A stretch of DNA of 64,000 bases from a virus (lineage: Duplodnaviria > Caudoviricetes): the IMG/VR virus record IMGVR_UViG_3300027759_000043; one strand, given 5' to 3'. Position numbers and translations under genes: made by a program. Shown piece by piece: positions 9,307-19,078 of this stretch (the first letter of the stretch is position 1; each line of letters starts with the position of its first letter). The notes below the pieces were generated by a model. The model did not search any database. It worked only from the letters and a program-made list of their open reading frames with translations, and was not told the DNA's origin.

Positions 9307-9731
9307 TGTGGCCTGCTACCTTTGAACAGCGCCTGCATGCGTGGGGTGTTCTTCGTGAATCAATCCGATACGCACCATTACCACAAGCACTTGCGGACAT
9401 CAATGCCTGGTGGTTTCACGCACCCTGGCGAGCCTATCATTTGCACTGGGATGATCAGGTCGTTTGGCCAGATCCCTGGCAATTATTGAGTGATAATCTC
9501 TATTGTGATCTTGCTCGAGGGCTGGGAATCCTGTATACTATTACTATGTTAGATCGACCTGATCTGCAGGATTTGTTATTGGCCGAGACTGAACAGGGGA
9601 ATTTAGTCCTGGACCAGGATCGGAAATATATACTGAATTGGGACTCAGAGCAGGTGTTAAATATCAATCCGGGGCAGATCAATGTCCGTCACAGCATTAC
9701 GCAAGAGCAAATAAAACAACAAATTAGGTAA
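9306..9731 (+). CDS. Hypothetical protein, 141 aa
   Basis: TAATG overlap; Trp-rich. Confidence 0.7.
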   Translation: MWPATFEQRLHAWGVLRESIRYAPLPQALADINAWWFHAPWRAYHLHWDDQVVWPDPWQLLSDNLYCDLARGLGILYTITMLDRPDLQDLLLAETEQGNLVLDQDRKYILNWDSEQVLNINPGQINVRHSITQEQIKQQIR

Positions 9732-9733
9732 CA

Positions 9734-12049
9734 ATGAAGCAAATTACAGTACAAAAACGCAGTGGTCGCCGCGAGCCGCTAGCGTTGGAAAAATGGCAGG
9801 CACAGATAGCCAAGGTATGTGCAGGCATAGCAGACGTGAGCCAGAGCATGATTGAGATCAAGGCACAACTGCATTTTTATGATGGCATTACAACTAACGA
9901 AATTGATGGTATCACATTACGAGCAATAGTGGACTTGATTGACGTAGAATCAAATCCCGACGTTGGACACACCAACTATCAATATGTAGCAGGCAAACAA
10001 CGACTATCAATGTTGCGTAAAGATGTCTACGGATCATATGATCCTCCCCACTTGTATGAGATTGTAAAGAAGAATGTGGCCACTGGCCTATACACTCCTG
10101 AACTGCTGGAGTGGTACAGTGAAGACGACTGGAATCGTATGGAAGACATGATTGATCATGCCAAGGACGAACAGTACTCATATGCGGCGGTGGAACAACT
10201 GATTGAAAAGTATCTTGTGCGTAACAGAAGCACAAAAGAAATTTATGAAACGCCACAAGTGCGTTACATGATTGCGGCTGCTACGGTGTTCCACAAGGAA
10301 GAACCCAACACAGCCCGTATGCGTTACATAAAGGAATACTACAATGCCGCAAGTGATGGATTGTTTACCCTTGCTACTCCCGTCCTTGCTGGTCTCGGTA
10401 CCCCTACTAAGCAATTCAGTTCGTGCGTACTCATTCGCAGTGATGATGACCTGGATAGTATTTTTGCTAGTGGCGAGATGATGGCCAAGTATGCCAGCAA
10501 GCGAGCAGGCATTGGTTTAGAAATTGGACGCTTACGTCCGCTAGGTTCGCCCATACGTGGCGGCGAAATCATGCACACCGGCATGATACCATTTTTAAAG
10601 AAGTGGTTCGGAGATTTACGCTCATGCTCACAAGGAGGTATTCGCAATGCAAGTGCTACTGTATTTTATCCCATTTGGCATCATCAGTTTGATGATCTTA
10701 TCGTTCTTAAGAACAATCAAGGAACAGAAGAAACCCGTGTCCGGCACATGGACTATGGGGTTGTTCTTTCCGCATTTTTCTGGAGGCGATTCAAGAATAA
10801 AGAAAACATAACTTTCTTTGATCCCAACCAAGTACCTGAACTGTACGAAGCGTTCTATGCCAACACCGAACGTTTTGAAAAACTCTATGTGGAATACGAA
10901 AAGCGTCGGGACCTGCGCACTAAGACCATGAGTGCTGAAGAAGTATTCAAGTCAGGCATACTCAAAGAGCGCACTGACACAGGACGTATCTATCTTGTGT
11001 TTATTGACAATGTTCAGAATCAAGGACCGTTTGATACTGAATATCACACCATTTACCAGAGTAACCTTTGCTGTGAAATCTTACTTCCTACAAAACCTTT
11101 TAAACGCTTGGACGACGCCGAAGGCCGAATCGCTTTATGTACTCTTGGATCGATCAACTGGGGTGCGTTTCGCAATCCTGAAGACATGCGTCGTGCTTGC
11201 AGAATTCTGCAACGCAGTCTCTGTAACATTCTCGACTACCAAGACTTCCTGTCGATCCAGAGTCAGTTATCAAATGACGAAATTCAGCCGCTTGGTATCG
11301 GCATTACTAACCTTGCTTACTGGCATGCCAAGCGAGGACTGCAATATGGTAACAAAGACGCTCTTGGAGAGGTCAAATCTTGGATGGAACACCAGGCCTT
11401 CTATCTTACCGAAGCAACAGTTGAACTTGCTAAAGAAAGAGGCCGTTGCAAAGATTCTGACCGCACCTGGTACGGTCGTGGTATTTTTCCTTGGGAACGC
11501 CGTGCCAAAGGCGTAAATGAATTAACGGACTTCTCTCCTGAACTAAACTGGGAAGGCCTACGTGCCGAAATGAGATCATATGGTGTTCGTAATGCTACCT
11601 TGATGGCTATTGCACCTGTTGAAAGTTCTAGTGTAGTAATCAATTCAACCAATGGCATTGAAATGCCTATGTCACTTATTTCAGTTAAGGAAAGCAAAGC
11701 AGGTTCCCTTACACAAGTTGTCCCTGAGTATCATAAACTCAAGAACAAGTATCAAATGATGTGGGCGCAGAAAGACTGTGATGGTTATTTAAAAACAGCG
11801 GCTGTATTAGCGGCCTACGTTGATCAGAGTATCAGTACTAACACATTCTATAATCCAGCACACTTTGCTGATCGTAAAGTTCCCACAACATTGATTGCTC
11901 GGAACTTGATGCAAGCACACCACTGGGGATTGAAAACATTCTACTACAGCCTGATCAACAAAGCAGGATCAAAACAAACTGCCGAAGCGGCACCTCTTGA
12001 GGTCATTGACTTTGATCTTGAGGAAGACTGCGAAGCCTGCAAGTTATGA
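9734..12049 (+). CDS. nrdA: Ribonucleotide reductase class Ia alpha subunit
   Basis: ATP-cone-like VQKRSG, TPVLAGLGT, FSSCVL, SQGGIRNASA, catalytic SNLCCEI, C-terminal CEACKL; no intein-size insertion. Confidence 0.97.
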   Translation: MKQITVQKRSGRREPLALEKWQAQIAKVCAGIADVSQSMIEIKAQLHFYDGITTNEIDGITLRAIVDLIDVESNPDVGHTNYQYVAGKQRLSMLRKDVYGSYDPPHLYEIVKKNVATGLYTPELLEWYSEDDWNRMEDMIDHAKDEQYSYAAVEQLIEKYLVRNRSTKEIYETPQVRYMIAAATVFHKEEPNTARMRYIKEYYNAASDGLFTLATPVLAGLGTPTKQFSSCVLIRSDDDLDSIFASGEMMAKYASKRAGIGLEIGRLRPLGSPIRGGEIMHTGMIPFLKKWFGDLRSCSQGGIRNASATVFYPIWHHQFDDLIVLKNNQGTEETRVRHMDYGVVLSAFFWRRFKNKENITFFDPNQVPELYEAFYANTERFEKLYVEYEKRRDLRTKTMSAEEVFKSGILKERTDTGRIYLVFIDNVQNQGPFDTEYHTIYQSNLCCEILLPTKPFKRLDDAEGRIALCTLGSINWGAFRNPEDMRRACRILQRSLCNILDYQDFLSIQSQLSNDEIQPLGIGITNLAYWHAKRGLQYGNKDALGEVKSWMEHQAFYLTEATVELAKERGRCKDSDRTWYGRGIFPWERRAKGVNELTDFSPELNWEGLRAEMRSYGVRNATLMAIAPVESSSVVINSTNGIEMPMSLISVKESKAGSLTQVVPEYHKLKNKYQMMWAQKDCDGYLKTAAVLAAYVDQSISTNTFYNPAHFADRKVPTTLIARNLMQAHHWGLKTFYYSLINKAGSKQTAEAAPLEVIDFDLEEDCEACKL

Positions 12050-12243
12050 ACAGTTTAGAAAAGATCTGGGCCCGGGCCACCGGGCACTTGATGGGCGAGA
12101 GTGACCATGATCGCCCGGATGTACCTATACTGACCTTGCGAGAAGCCCGAATAGCACTATTTTTCAAAACGTTCTGGGTTATAATACATGTTATAACTTG
12201 TGGCTTTATCATAGCCAACACAATTAGACACTGGAACAATTAA
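12046..12243 (+). CDS. Small membrane protein, 65 aa
   Basis: C-terminal hydrophobic segment; coupled to nrdA. Confidence 0.7.
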   Translation: MNSLEKIWARATGHLMGESDHDRPDVPILTLREARIALFFKTFWVIIHVITCGFIIANTIRHWNN

Positions 12244-12248
12244 ATTCA

Positions 12249-13394
12249 ATGAATTCAAAAACTTTTTGTTTAGCCCCTTGGGTTAGTACCTGTGTATTAC
12301 CAACTGGAAAATTGGCACCCTGTTGCCAATGGACAGGAATGTCGGACATTAATTTTCAAGAGTTTGATTCTTGGATAAATTCAGATTATCTCCAAAATAT
12401 TAGAAAACGCATGTATGAAGGAGAACAAATTTCAGAGTGTAACAAGTGCTGGAAGGATGAAAGTGTTGGCAAACAAAGTTTAAGAGAGATTTATAATCGT
12501 GAGTTTTCTAAATTTTCGATTCGAGACAGTATTAATAAAACTTGGCAAGTAAAAGACAGTGTATGTGCCTTGGATCTTAAACTTGGAAATTTGTGCAATT
12601 TAAAATGTGTCATGTGTAACCCATTTTCAAGTAGCCAATTATTAACTGAATACAAAACACATTCAGAACAATTTGACAATTTAAAAACTTATTCAATAGA
12701 GTTCTTAGAGGAAGATTTTTCATGGCCGCTGACGGAGGCTTTTAAGATGTTTCTAAGTAAGTTTCAAAATCAAATTAAATGGATTAAATTTACTGGCGGC
12801 GAACCAACAATCATTCCGCATGTGTTGGATGTACTAGATAATATAAATTGTGCCTCAGAGACAACAGTAAGTTTTACTACCAATGCTACAAAACTTGACC
12901 AAAAATTTATCGACAAAATTAAAAAATTTAATACAGTCTGGTTAAGTGTCAGTCTTGAAGGAATAGAAGAACATAACGATCAGATTAGATTTTTATCCAA
13001 CTGGAATGAAGTAGAAAAAAATATCTTGAGAGTTTGTAATTTACCAAACGTATATTTTAATATTAATTATGTTTTGCAATGCTTTAGTGTGTCTACTTTT
13101 ATACCTCTATTAAAGTGGTGTGAAAAACATCAAATTACACTATGTATTCTAAAATTATCAAACCCGGACTATTTGAGTATAGACGGAGTAGACATAAATA
13201 TCATAAACAAATTTGCAGATAGTCTTAGCGAATTAAATTTAACTAAAAATCAAAATGTAATATTGCAAGTGCTGGGCCACCTGCAAACACACAAATACAG
13301 TAAAGACCTTGCCCGACAACGGCATGAATATTTACAACTAATAGATTCTATTAGATCAACAAAAACAGATCAAATTATTCAGGAAATGACATGA
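12249..13394 (+). CDS. Radical SAM protein with an N-terminal Cys-rich (SPASM/twitch-like) domain
   Basis: CNLKCVMC (CxxxCxxC), FTGGEPT, TTNAT, SVSLEG; N-terminal CLAPW...PCC...CNKCW. Confidence 0.85.
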   Translation: MNSKTFCLAPWVSTCVLPTGKLAPCCQWTGMSDINFQEFDSWINSDYLQNIRKRMYEGEQISECNKCWKDESVGKQSLREIYNREFSKFSIRDSINKTWQVKDSVCALDLKLGNLCNLKCVMCNPFSSSQLLTEYKTHSEQFDNLKTYSIEFLEEDFSWPLTEAFKMFLSKFQNQIKWIKFTGGEPTIIPHVLDVLDNINCASETTVSFTTNATKLDQKFIDKIKKFNTVWLSVSLEGIEEHNDQIRFLSNWNEVEKNILRVCNLPNVYFNINYVLQCFSVSTFIPLLKWCEKHQITLCILKLSNPDYLSIDGVDINIINKFADSLSELNLTKNQNVILQVLGHLQTHKYSKDLARQRHEYLQLIDSIRSTKTDQIIQEMT

Positions 13395-14491
13395 GTCAAG
13401 CACAATACAATTTAAAAACAAAAACAGATTATCTCAGTCGCAAGATGTTCTTGGATCCAGCAGGGCCTGTGACCGTACAACGATTTGAAGAAGTCAAATA
13501 TAACAAACTGGTCAAGTACGAACAAGAAGCACGTGGTTTCTTTTGGGTGCCAGAGGAAATATCTTTGACCAAAGACGCACAAGACTTCAAAGACGCCAGT
13601 GACACTGTCAAGCATATCTTTACATCAAACTTGCTACGTCAAACAGCACTAGACAGTTTGCAAGGTCGTGGTCCTAGTCAAATTTTTACGCCGGTAGTGT
13701 CAATCCCAGAACTAGAAGCACTAGTATACAACTGGACATTCTTTGAAACAAACATTCACTCACGCAGTTATAGTCATATCATTCGCAACATCTACAACGT
13801 GCCCAAGGATGTGTTCAACACAATTCATGATACACAAGAGATTGTGGACATGGCATCAAGTGTTGGCAACTACTACGACCGACTACACATGATCAACTGT
13901 CGCAAAGAACTGTTAGAAGAATTTCCTGAGCGTGAACATATCAAAGCCGTCTGGTTGGCACTCAATGCCAGTTATGCGTTAGAAGCATTCCGCTTTATGG
14001 TATCATTTGCCACAAGCCTAGCCATGGTAGAGAACAAGATCTTTATCGGCAACGGCAACATTATTCAGTTGATCCTGCAAGATGAAATGCTACACAAAGA
14101 GTGGACAGCATGGTTGATCAATCAAGTGATCAAAGAGGATGCACGTTTTGCCGCTGTCAAAACTGAATGTGAAGCAGAAGTATACCAAATGTATCTAGAT
14201 GTTATTCGTGAAGAAAAAGCCTGGGCTGACTACTTGTTTAACAAAGGTCCGGTGATTGGTCTTAATGCAAACATTCTTAAAGACTTTGTGGACTTCACAG
14301 CATTCAATGCACTCAAAGAAATTGGCATCAAGTACACAGAAGATCATCCACGTTCAACACCCATTCCTTGGTTTACCAAGCACGTGGACACCAGCAAGAA
14401 ACAAACTGCACTGCAAGAGAACGAATCAACTAACTATGTTATTGGAGTCATGAGTGACAGCATTGATTACGACGAATTACCAGAATTATAA
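13391..14491 (+). CDS. nrdB: Ribonucleotide reductase class Ia beta subunit
   Basis: FFWVPEE, QTALDSLQ, ETNIHSRSY, LEAFRFMVSF, DEMLH, QTALQENESTNY. Confidence 0.96.
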   Translation: MSQAQYNLKTKTDYLSRKMFLDPAGPVTVQRFEEVKYNKLVKYEQEARGFFWVPEEISLTKDAQDFKDASDTVKHIFTSNLLRQTALDSLQGRGPSQIFTPVVSIPELEALVYNWTFFETNIHSRSYSHIIRNIYNVPKDVFNTIHDTQEIVDMASSVGNYYDRLHMINCRKELLEEFPEREHIKAVWLALNASYALEAFRFMVSFATSLAMVENKIFIGNGNIIQLILQDEMLHKEWTAWLINQVIKEDARFAAVKTECEAEVYQMYLDVIREEKAWADYLFNKGPVIGLNANILKDFVDFTAFNALKEIGIKYTEDHPRSTPIPWFTKHVDTSKKQTALQENESTNYVIGVMSDSIDYDELPEL

Positions 14492-14505
14492 CAAGGAAAA
14501 TAAAA

Positions 14506-14736
14506 ATGAAAGCAATTGTATGGTCAAAAGACCAGTGCCCTTATTGCACTCAAGCAAAGGCATTGTTAGAAAGCCGAGGTATCGAGTATGAAGAACGCAA
14601 TATCAATAACGGTTGGGACAAAGAAGATTTACTGGCGGCAGTACCAACGGCTAGAACATTACCACAAATTTTCCTAGATGAAGAATTAGTGGGCGGATTC
14701 ACAGAACTTAGACAAAGGTTAACACATGCTACTTGA
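14506..14736 (+). CDS. Glutaredoxin
   Basis: CPYC active site, TLPQIF, VGGFTEL. Confidence 0.93.
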   Translation: MKAIVWSKDQCPYCTQAKALLESRGIEYEERNINNGWDKEDLLAAVPTARTLPQIFLDEELVGGFTELRQRLTHAT

Positions 14737-15022
14737 AATTGACAAAGGACTCGCCGAAGGCGACGTGGTTACACTCAAACTCACATCAGGTGAGGAGATT
14801 GTGGCACGATTGGACAAAGAGACTGACACACACTACAGACTAACCAAGCCCATGGTGATTGCCATGGGACCGAACGGTCCAGGGTTGTTGCCTTACTTGT
14901 TTACAGTGAGTCCGGACAAGACTATTGGCCTATCCAAAGGTACCGTGACTGTGGCTGTGACTTCGGACAAACAGTTTGCAAGTCAATACATGCAGAGCAC
15001 AACCAACATACAAATGGTTTAA
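14726..15022 (+). CDS. Hypothetical protein, possible Sm-like fold
   Basis: VVTLKLTSGEEIVARL beta-rich pattern. Confidence 0.55.
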   Translation: MLLEIDKGLAEGDVVTLKLTSGEEIVARLDKETDTHYRLTKPMVIAMGPNGPGLLPYLFTVSPDKTIGLSKGTVTVAVTSDKQFASQYMQSTTNIQMV

Positions 15023-15053
15023 CGCACCAGATTTCTACTTCCATAAATAATCA

Positions 15054-15269
15054 ATGGGACATCGCTTTGTAATCATGCACAACGAACAGTTGTCGGAATA
15101 CACCGAGTACGAGCAAATTCCCAGTGAATTTGATCACGTGATAGAGTTTGCTCCTGAAATCCCGCCAGGACCGCACACTGATCAAGATCATGAAGAAATT
15201 GATCAGTGGCAGACTAAATTTGAAAGATTAATGGAAATAGAATATGCCAGCAGCCGCAAGAAAGAGTGA
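15054..15269 (+). CDS. Hypothetical protein, 71 aa
   Basis: ATG 4 nt after CATAAATA (15042-15049). Confidence 0.7.
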   Translation: MGHRFVIMHNEQLSEYTEYEQIPSEFDHVIEFAPEIPPGPHTDQDHEEIDQWQTKFERLMEIEYASSRKKE

Positions 15270-15627
15270 TAAGTGTGTGCCACATTGCTCGCCTTTTACC
15301 GTGGCAAAGGGCAGTGCCGATGTGTTTACTGATGGCAAAGCGGCATCTCGCGTGGGCGACACAGTTACCTCTCACAAAACACCCGGTGGCGGTGCGGCAG
15401 CGGGACAAGCAGCCAGCATAGGAGCAAAGTTTGCTCCACCTCCTTACAGTTTTGCTTTGATGGCCGTGGGCTTTGTGATGAAAAAATGTACTGACCATGC
15501 GCCGGCAATTGCCACAGGTTCCAGTAGTGTTTTTATAAATGGCAAGCCAGCCGCCTTTGTTGGTAGTAGTATAACTGGATGTACCAGTGTGTCTGCTGGC
15601 AGTCAAACTGTGTTTATTGGTAGATAA
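15244..15627 (+). CDS. PAAR-repeat spike tip protein (gp5.4-like)
   Basis: MPAAARK.D.C..HC, VF.DGKAASRVGD, VFINGKPAAFVG, C/H metal ligands. Confidence 0.9.
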   Translation: MPAAARKSDKCVPHCSPFTVAKGSADVFTDGKAASRVGDTVTSHKTPGGGAAAGQAASIGAKFAPPPYSFALMAVGFVMKKCTDHAPAIATGSSSVFINGKPAAFVGSSITGCTSVSAGSQTVFIGR

Positions 15628-15628
15628 C

Positions 15629-16918
15629 GTGCCTTCAATTTTGACCCCATTACAAATGATCGCGGGTGCCACACTCAGCAACAATCAAGGTGTGGCCATT
15701 GCTACCAATTTTACCAACGCCATCTCTTCTTATACCGGCACCACGTTACTTGCACCATTGTTTGTGGCCTTGGGCAACAGCGCCAATGCCAACTTGAGCG
15801 TGACTACTCTCAACAGTCTTGAGGTCATGGCCGCCAACAGTTGTCCTGCATTGGCAGACAGCACACCTGTATCATATGCCAGCAACATAGGCAACATACT
15901 AGGTCCACGAATACAAACAACATTCACCACAAACTATACCACATTCAGCGGAAATATTAACGGTAATGTATTGACTGTGACCAGTACGCCGGCACCAAAT
16001 CTCATATACGTGGGATTACAAATAGGTGCTGTGGGGACCAGTGCCAACACTTTTATCACAGCCGACATCAGCGGTGGTGGCGGCGCAGGCGATTATGAAA
16101 TAACTCCTGACCAAGATGTTCCTGATACCACAATAGCCGCCAATCCATCATATGCCTCTTATGGCAATAGTATTGCAGGATTTACTGGAGTCATAACTGA
16201 CATTGGTAATACCTATCTTGGTCAAGGCAATACTACAGTTTTTGCACAGGTGTTTTCAGCCGCACAAGGTTACATAAATCAAAACAATGATTTTATCAAC
16301 ACTGCCTACAACAGTCAAACCTATCTAGGCAGTACGTTTACTTCCATGAACAGTTTGATAACTGGTAACTTGACCGATGTCAACCTGGCCTTGCCTTCTT
16401 TTGGTAGTGATCTAGCAAGACTTGGATATTTGATTGATCTAGCCAACCTGGGCAACTTTGGATTACCTAGTACTGTGTTCCGGCAGTTGGCCACAGTGAC
16501 CAACCTAACTCCCAGAATCACCATAGCACTCAAACAGGTGGGATTCACTACCATACAAATTGAACGCATTACTGACCCTGACGCCACACTGACTGATACT
16601 GAAGAAGCCAAACTATATCGAGCCATGTTGTTGGTAACTGATGTGGCACTACAACAGGTATGTGACATTCTCAGAATCACTTTGCCAGTGGCAGGTGTGA
16701 ACACAACTCAACCACAGAATCCTGGACTGACCTCCATGGCCGACTTGTTGAATCCTGTAAAAATCTTTCCTACCAGTTATGCCAGCCTCACAGTGAGAAC
16801 TTACAATCAAAATACCACCAGTGAGTTGCGAGCCATCTATCTAGATGCAACTGGTAATGTCAACAGCAATTTGTTACAGTACCTGCCAAGGTATGTATTA
16901 ACGGTGGTGCCAGCATGA
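15629..16918 (+). CDS. Putative baseplate/virion structural protein
   Basis: GTG start after the PAAR stop; T/N/A/G-rich, about 430 aa. Confidence 0.55.
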   Translation: MPSILTPLQMIAGATLSNNQGVAIATNFTNAISSYTGTTLLAPLFVALGNSANANLSVTTLNSLEVMAANSCPALADSTPVSYASNIGNILGPRIQTTFTTNYTTFSGNINGNVLTVTSTPAPNLIYVGLQIGAVGTSANTFITADISGGGGAGDYEITPDQDVPDTTIAANPSYASYGNSIAGFTGVITDIGNTYLGQGNTTVFAQVFSAAQGYINQNNDFINTAYNSQTYLGSTFTSMNSLITGNLTDVNLALPSFGSDLARLGYLIDLANLGNFGLPSTVFRQLATVTNLTPRITIALKQVGFTTIQIERITDPDATLTDTEEAKLYRAMLLVTDVALQQVCDILRITLPVAGVNTTQPQNPGLTSMADLLNPVKIFPTSYASLTVRTYNQNTTSELRAIYLDATGNVNSNLLQYLPRYVLTVVPA

Positions 16919-17862
16919 TTACCTATGAACGATTGAGCAAAATTATACCTGCTGACCAAGCCTTGGCCTGCAAGGCTGTAAGTGTGAGCCTGCAACAAAT
17001 AAAAAATGTCAGCACACTGTCATCGCCGCAGTTGGCTGTGGCCTTTGTGGCCACTGTGACCACCAAGGATCTTGATCAAATCAATGCACTCACAGTGGCA
17101 GTACCAGCCAACGTGGCTGCCTACTATACTGACACCTACGCCACAGGCACCGGCACAGGTAACACCTTGGTACTGACAGACTTGCTGGGTGCCGCTGTGG
17201 GTATAACCTATATAGATCAATTGAACAATGTGGTGACCACACTGAACTCAGTTGGTAACGTGGGCGGCTTATCTAATCTAACAACCATTTACACCAGAAT
17301 GGAAAACACAGTAAACGGTGTTTATGGCAATGCTGTGTCGGGTCCGGTTACCATCCCTGCAGGTTATGCCGCGGGTACCTATGCCAATGCAGATGTGGCA
17401 TTTAGTACAGCACTGATTCCCAATGCTGTGGTTGAAATTGGCAATGTTGTCACAGCATACCCAACCGAAACCACATCAATGAATACAGAGTTTGATACCA
17501 TGGCACAAAAGGTTCTAACTGAAAGCAACAACTTGACCTTGGCCACTATAAACATAGCCGAACTAACCACTACTGATCGTGGTCCGGTCATGAGTTTTGT
17601 TGAAAGCCTGCCCACATATGGCGTCAACCGAGAGCAAAATGGGCCCACCTGGTTCCTGGAGCAAGTGGCAGATTTAACCACACTGGGCGGGCAAGCAATT
17701 GTGGGCTGTTTGCGTGAGGGGCAAAATCTTGTGATTCTTAATAATGCGGGAATTGGGGTAGATACCAATATCCCCAGCCAGCCCAGTTCGCCCAATCCGG
17801 TTGCAAATCTTATCCCAGCCACGTATACTGAAGCACAAGCAGCCAATTTAGTGGTAAAATAA
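16915..17862 (+). CDS. Putative baseplate/virion structural protein
   Basis: ATGA-coupled; T/A/V/N-rich, 315 aa. Confidence 0.55.
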   Translation: MITYERLSKIIPADQALACKAVSVSLQQIKNVSTLSSPQLAVAFVATVTTKDLDQINALTVAVPANVAAYYTDTYATGTGTGNTLVLTDLLGAAVGITYIDQLNNVVTTLNSVGNVGGLSNLTTIYTRMENTVNGVYGNAVSGPVTIPAGYAAGTYANADVAFSTALIPNAVVEIGNVVTAYPTETTSMNTEFDTMAQKVLTESNNLTLATINIAELTTTDRGPVMSFVESLPTYGVNREQNGPTWFLEQVADLTTLGGQAIVGCLREGQNLVILNNAGIGVDTNIPSQPSSPNPVANLIPATYTEAQAANLVVK

Positions 17863-17938
17863 ACATCTAATACGTGTTTCTACTAAATATTATTCTGTGT
17901 TTATAACTGAACACAATCTTTTTAAAAGGAAAAACTAA

Positions 17939-18478
17939 ATGAAGAAAATCTTCGCAATCTTGGCTTTGGCCATCACAGGTACTGCATTTGCAGCCGACAG
18001 TTTCACTGTCGAAGGTCAGCACATCAACAACGCAGGTGCTGCCGCTCAACAACAATATGTTTTGGGTGTAAAGAAAGAGTTCAACGGCTTCGCTGGTGAC
18101 TTGGCAGTGTCTAATGCACAAACTGAAGGTACCAACGCTTTGAGCACACGCCTTGAAGCCGGTGCTACAGTACCCGGTCCAGTTGGATTGTATGCTCGTG
18201 CCGCAATTGGTCAAAAGTATAGCAACACCACAGACTTCTCATACTACTCAGTTGAGCCAGGCATTGCCGCTCCAATTGGTTATGGGTTGACTGCTAAGTT
18301 TGGATATCGTTTCCGTAGTGCTTTTGATGGCTCACAGAACAATGACCAAACACAAACAGCACGTTACTCATTGGCTTATGCTTTGAGTAAAGACGATACT
18401 GTTGCTGTCAAGTATGACCGTGTCAAAGGCGACAGCAATCAAAAGGTTGTTAGTGTAGCATACACACGTGGTTTCTAA
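17939..18478 (+). CDS. Outer-membrane beta-barrel protein
   Basis: Signal peptide MKKIFAILALAITGTAFA, alternating amphipathic strands, C-terminal YTRGF (terminal Phe). Confidence 0.75.
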   Translation: MKKIFAILALAITGTAFAADSFTVEGQHINNAGAAAQQQYVLGVKKEFNGFAGDLAVSNAQTEGTNALSTRLEAGATVPGPVGLYARAAIGQKYSNTTDFSYYSVEPGIAAPIGYGLTAKFGYRFRSAFDGSQNNDQTQTARYSLAYALSKDDTVAVKYDRVKGDSNQKVVSVAYTRGF

Positions 18479-18507
18479 AAAGTAACACTTTTTATTACCC
18501 CGAAAAG

Positions 18508-18525
18508 GTAATACTCAAGTACTAC
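18508..18525. promoter_or_regulatory. Palindromic operator-like site, copy 1
   Basis: GTAATAC-TCAA-GTACTAC; related copies at 45922, 54408 and 57031. Confidence 0.65.
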
Positions 18526-18555
18526 AAAACCCTGCCCAGTGCAGGGTTTTCTTTT
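18526..18555 (+). terminator. Rho-independent terminator
   Basis: AAAACCCTGC/GCAGGGTTTT stem plus T-rich tail. Confidence 0.8.
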
Positions 18556-18558
18556 GAT

Positions 18559-18587
18559 TTGACCAAATATTCAAGATCGGTTATAAT
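18559..18587 (+). promoter_or_regulatory. Sigma70-type early promoter
   Basis: TTGACC-N17-TATAAT. Confidence 0.85.
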
Positions 18588-18593
18588 AATAAC

Positions 18594-18827
18594 ATGAAGT
18601 TAGAAATCAATGAAATACTACAGTGGGCCGGAGCGGTGTTTATCATCGCGGGACACAGTCTTAATGCTGTAGGCCCTAGTGCTTACCCCTATAACATACT
18701 TGCCTTCTTTTTAGGCACAATTTTGTTTATGGCCTGGACCATACGTGTTGCAAATAAGCCACAGTTGATGGTGAACATTGTGGCATTGTGCATTGGAGCA
18801 TCGGGACTGGTAAAAGCATTTGGTTGA
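18594..18827 (+). CDS. Small multi-pass membrane protein, 77 aa
   Basis: Three hydrophobic segments; no SD, ATG 7 nt after the -10 element. Confidence 0.7.
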   Translation: MKLEINEILQWAGAVFIIAGHSLNAVGPSAYPYNILAFFLGTILFMAWTIRVANKPQLMVNIVALCIGASGLVKAFG

Positions 18828-18852
18828 CTCAAAATTGTCTATTTGCTATAAT
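18824..18852 (+). promoter_or_regulatory. Sigma70-type early promoter
   Basis: TTGACT-N17-TATAAT. Confidence 0.85.
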
Positions 18853-18882
18853 ATACACATAAAGAAACAAAAGGAACTCAAA

Positions 18883-19023
18883 ATGACCGTAGCAGACTTT
18901 ATTGAAATTCTCCGCACCATGCCCGCAGACGCTCGTGTGGTTGCACATGACAGCGACTGGGGTTACACCACTCCTCTTGTGGAAGTGGATGACGACGGCG
19001 AAGTTGTAATCTCCGCAGGTTGA
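18883..19023 (+). CDS. Small acidic protein, 46 aa
   Basis: AAGGA RBS; MTVADFIEIL. Confidence 0.65.
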   Translation: MTVADFIEILRTMPADARVVAHDSDWGYTTPLVEVDDDGEVVISAG

Positions 19024-19048
19024 CCCAAAATTACCATTTTGTTATAAT
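19020..19048 (+). promoter_or_regulatory. Sigma70-type early promoter
   Basis: TTGACC-N17-TATAAT. Confidence 0.85.
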
Positions 19049-19078
19049 ACTTGTATAGAAACTAAAAAGGAGCCTAAG

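Noticed and set aside
9734-14491. Intein, intron or homing endonuclease in the nrd genes
   Set aside because: NrdA and NrdB are of normal length; the intervening gene is a radical SAM enzyme with no LAGLIDADG, HNH or GIY-YIG motif.
18508-18525. Host LexA SOS box as the identity of the palindrome
   Set aside because: It does not match the beta/gamma-proteobacterial CTGT-N8-ACAG box, so it is kept as an unknown operator.
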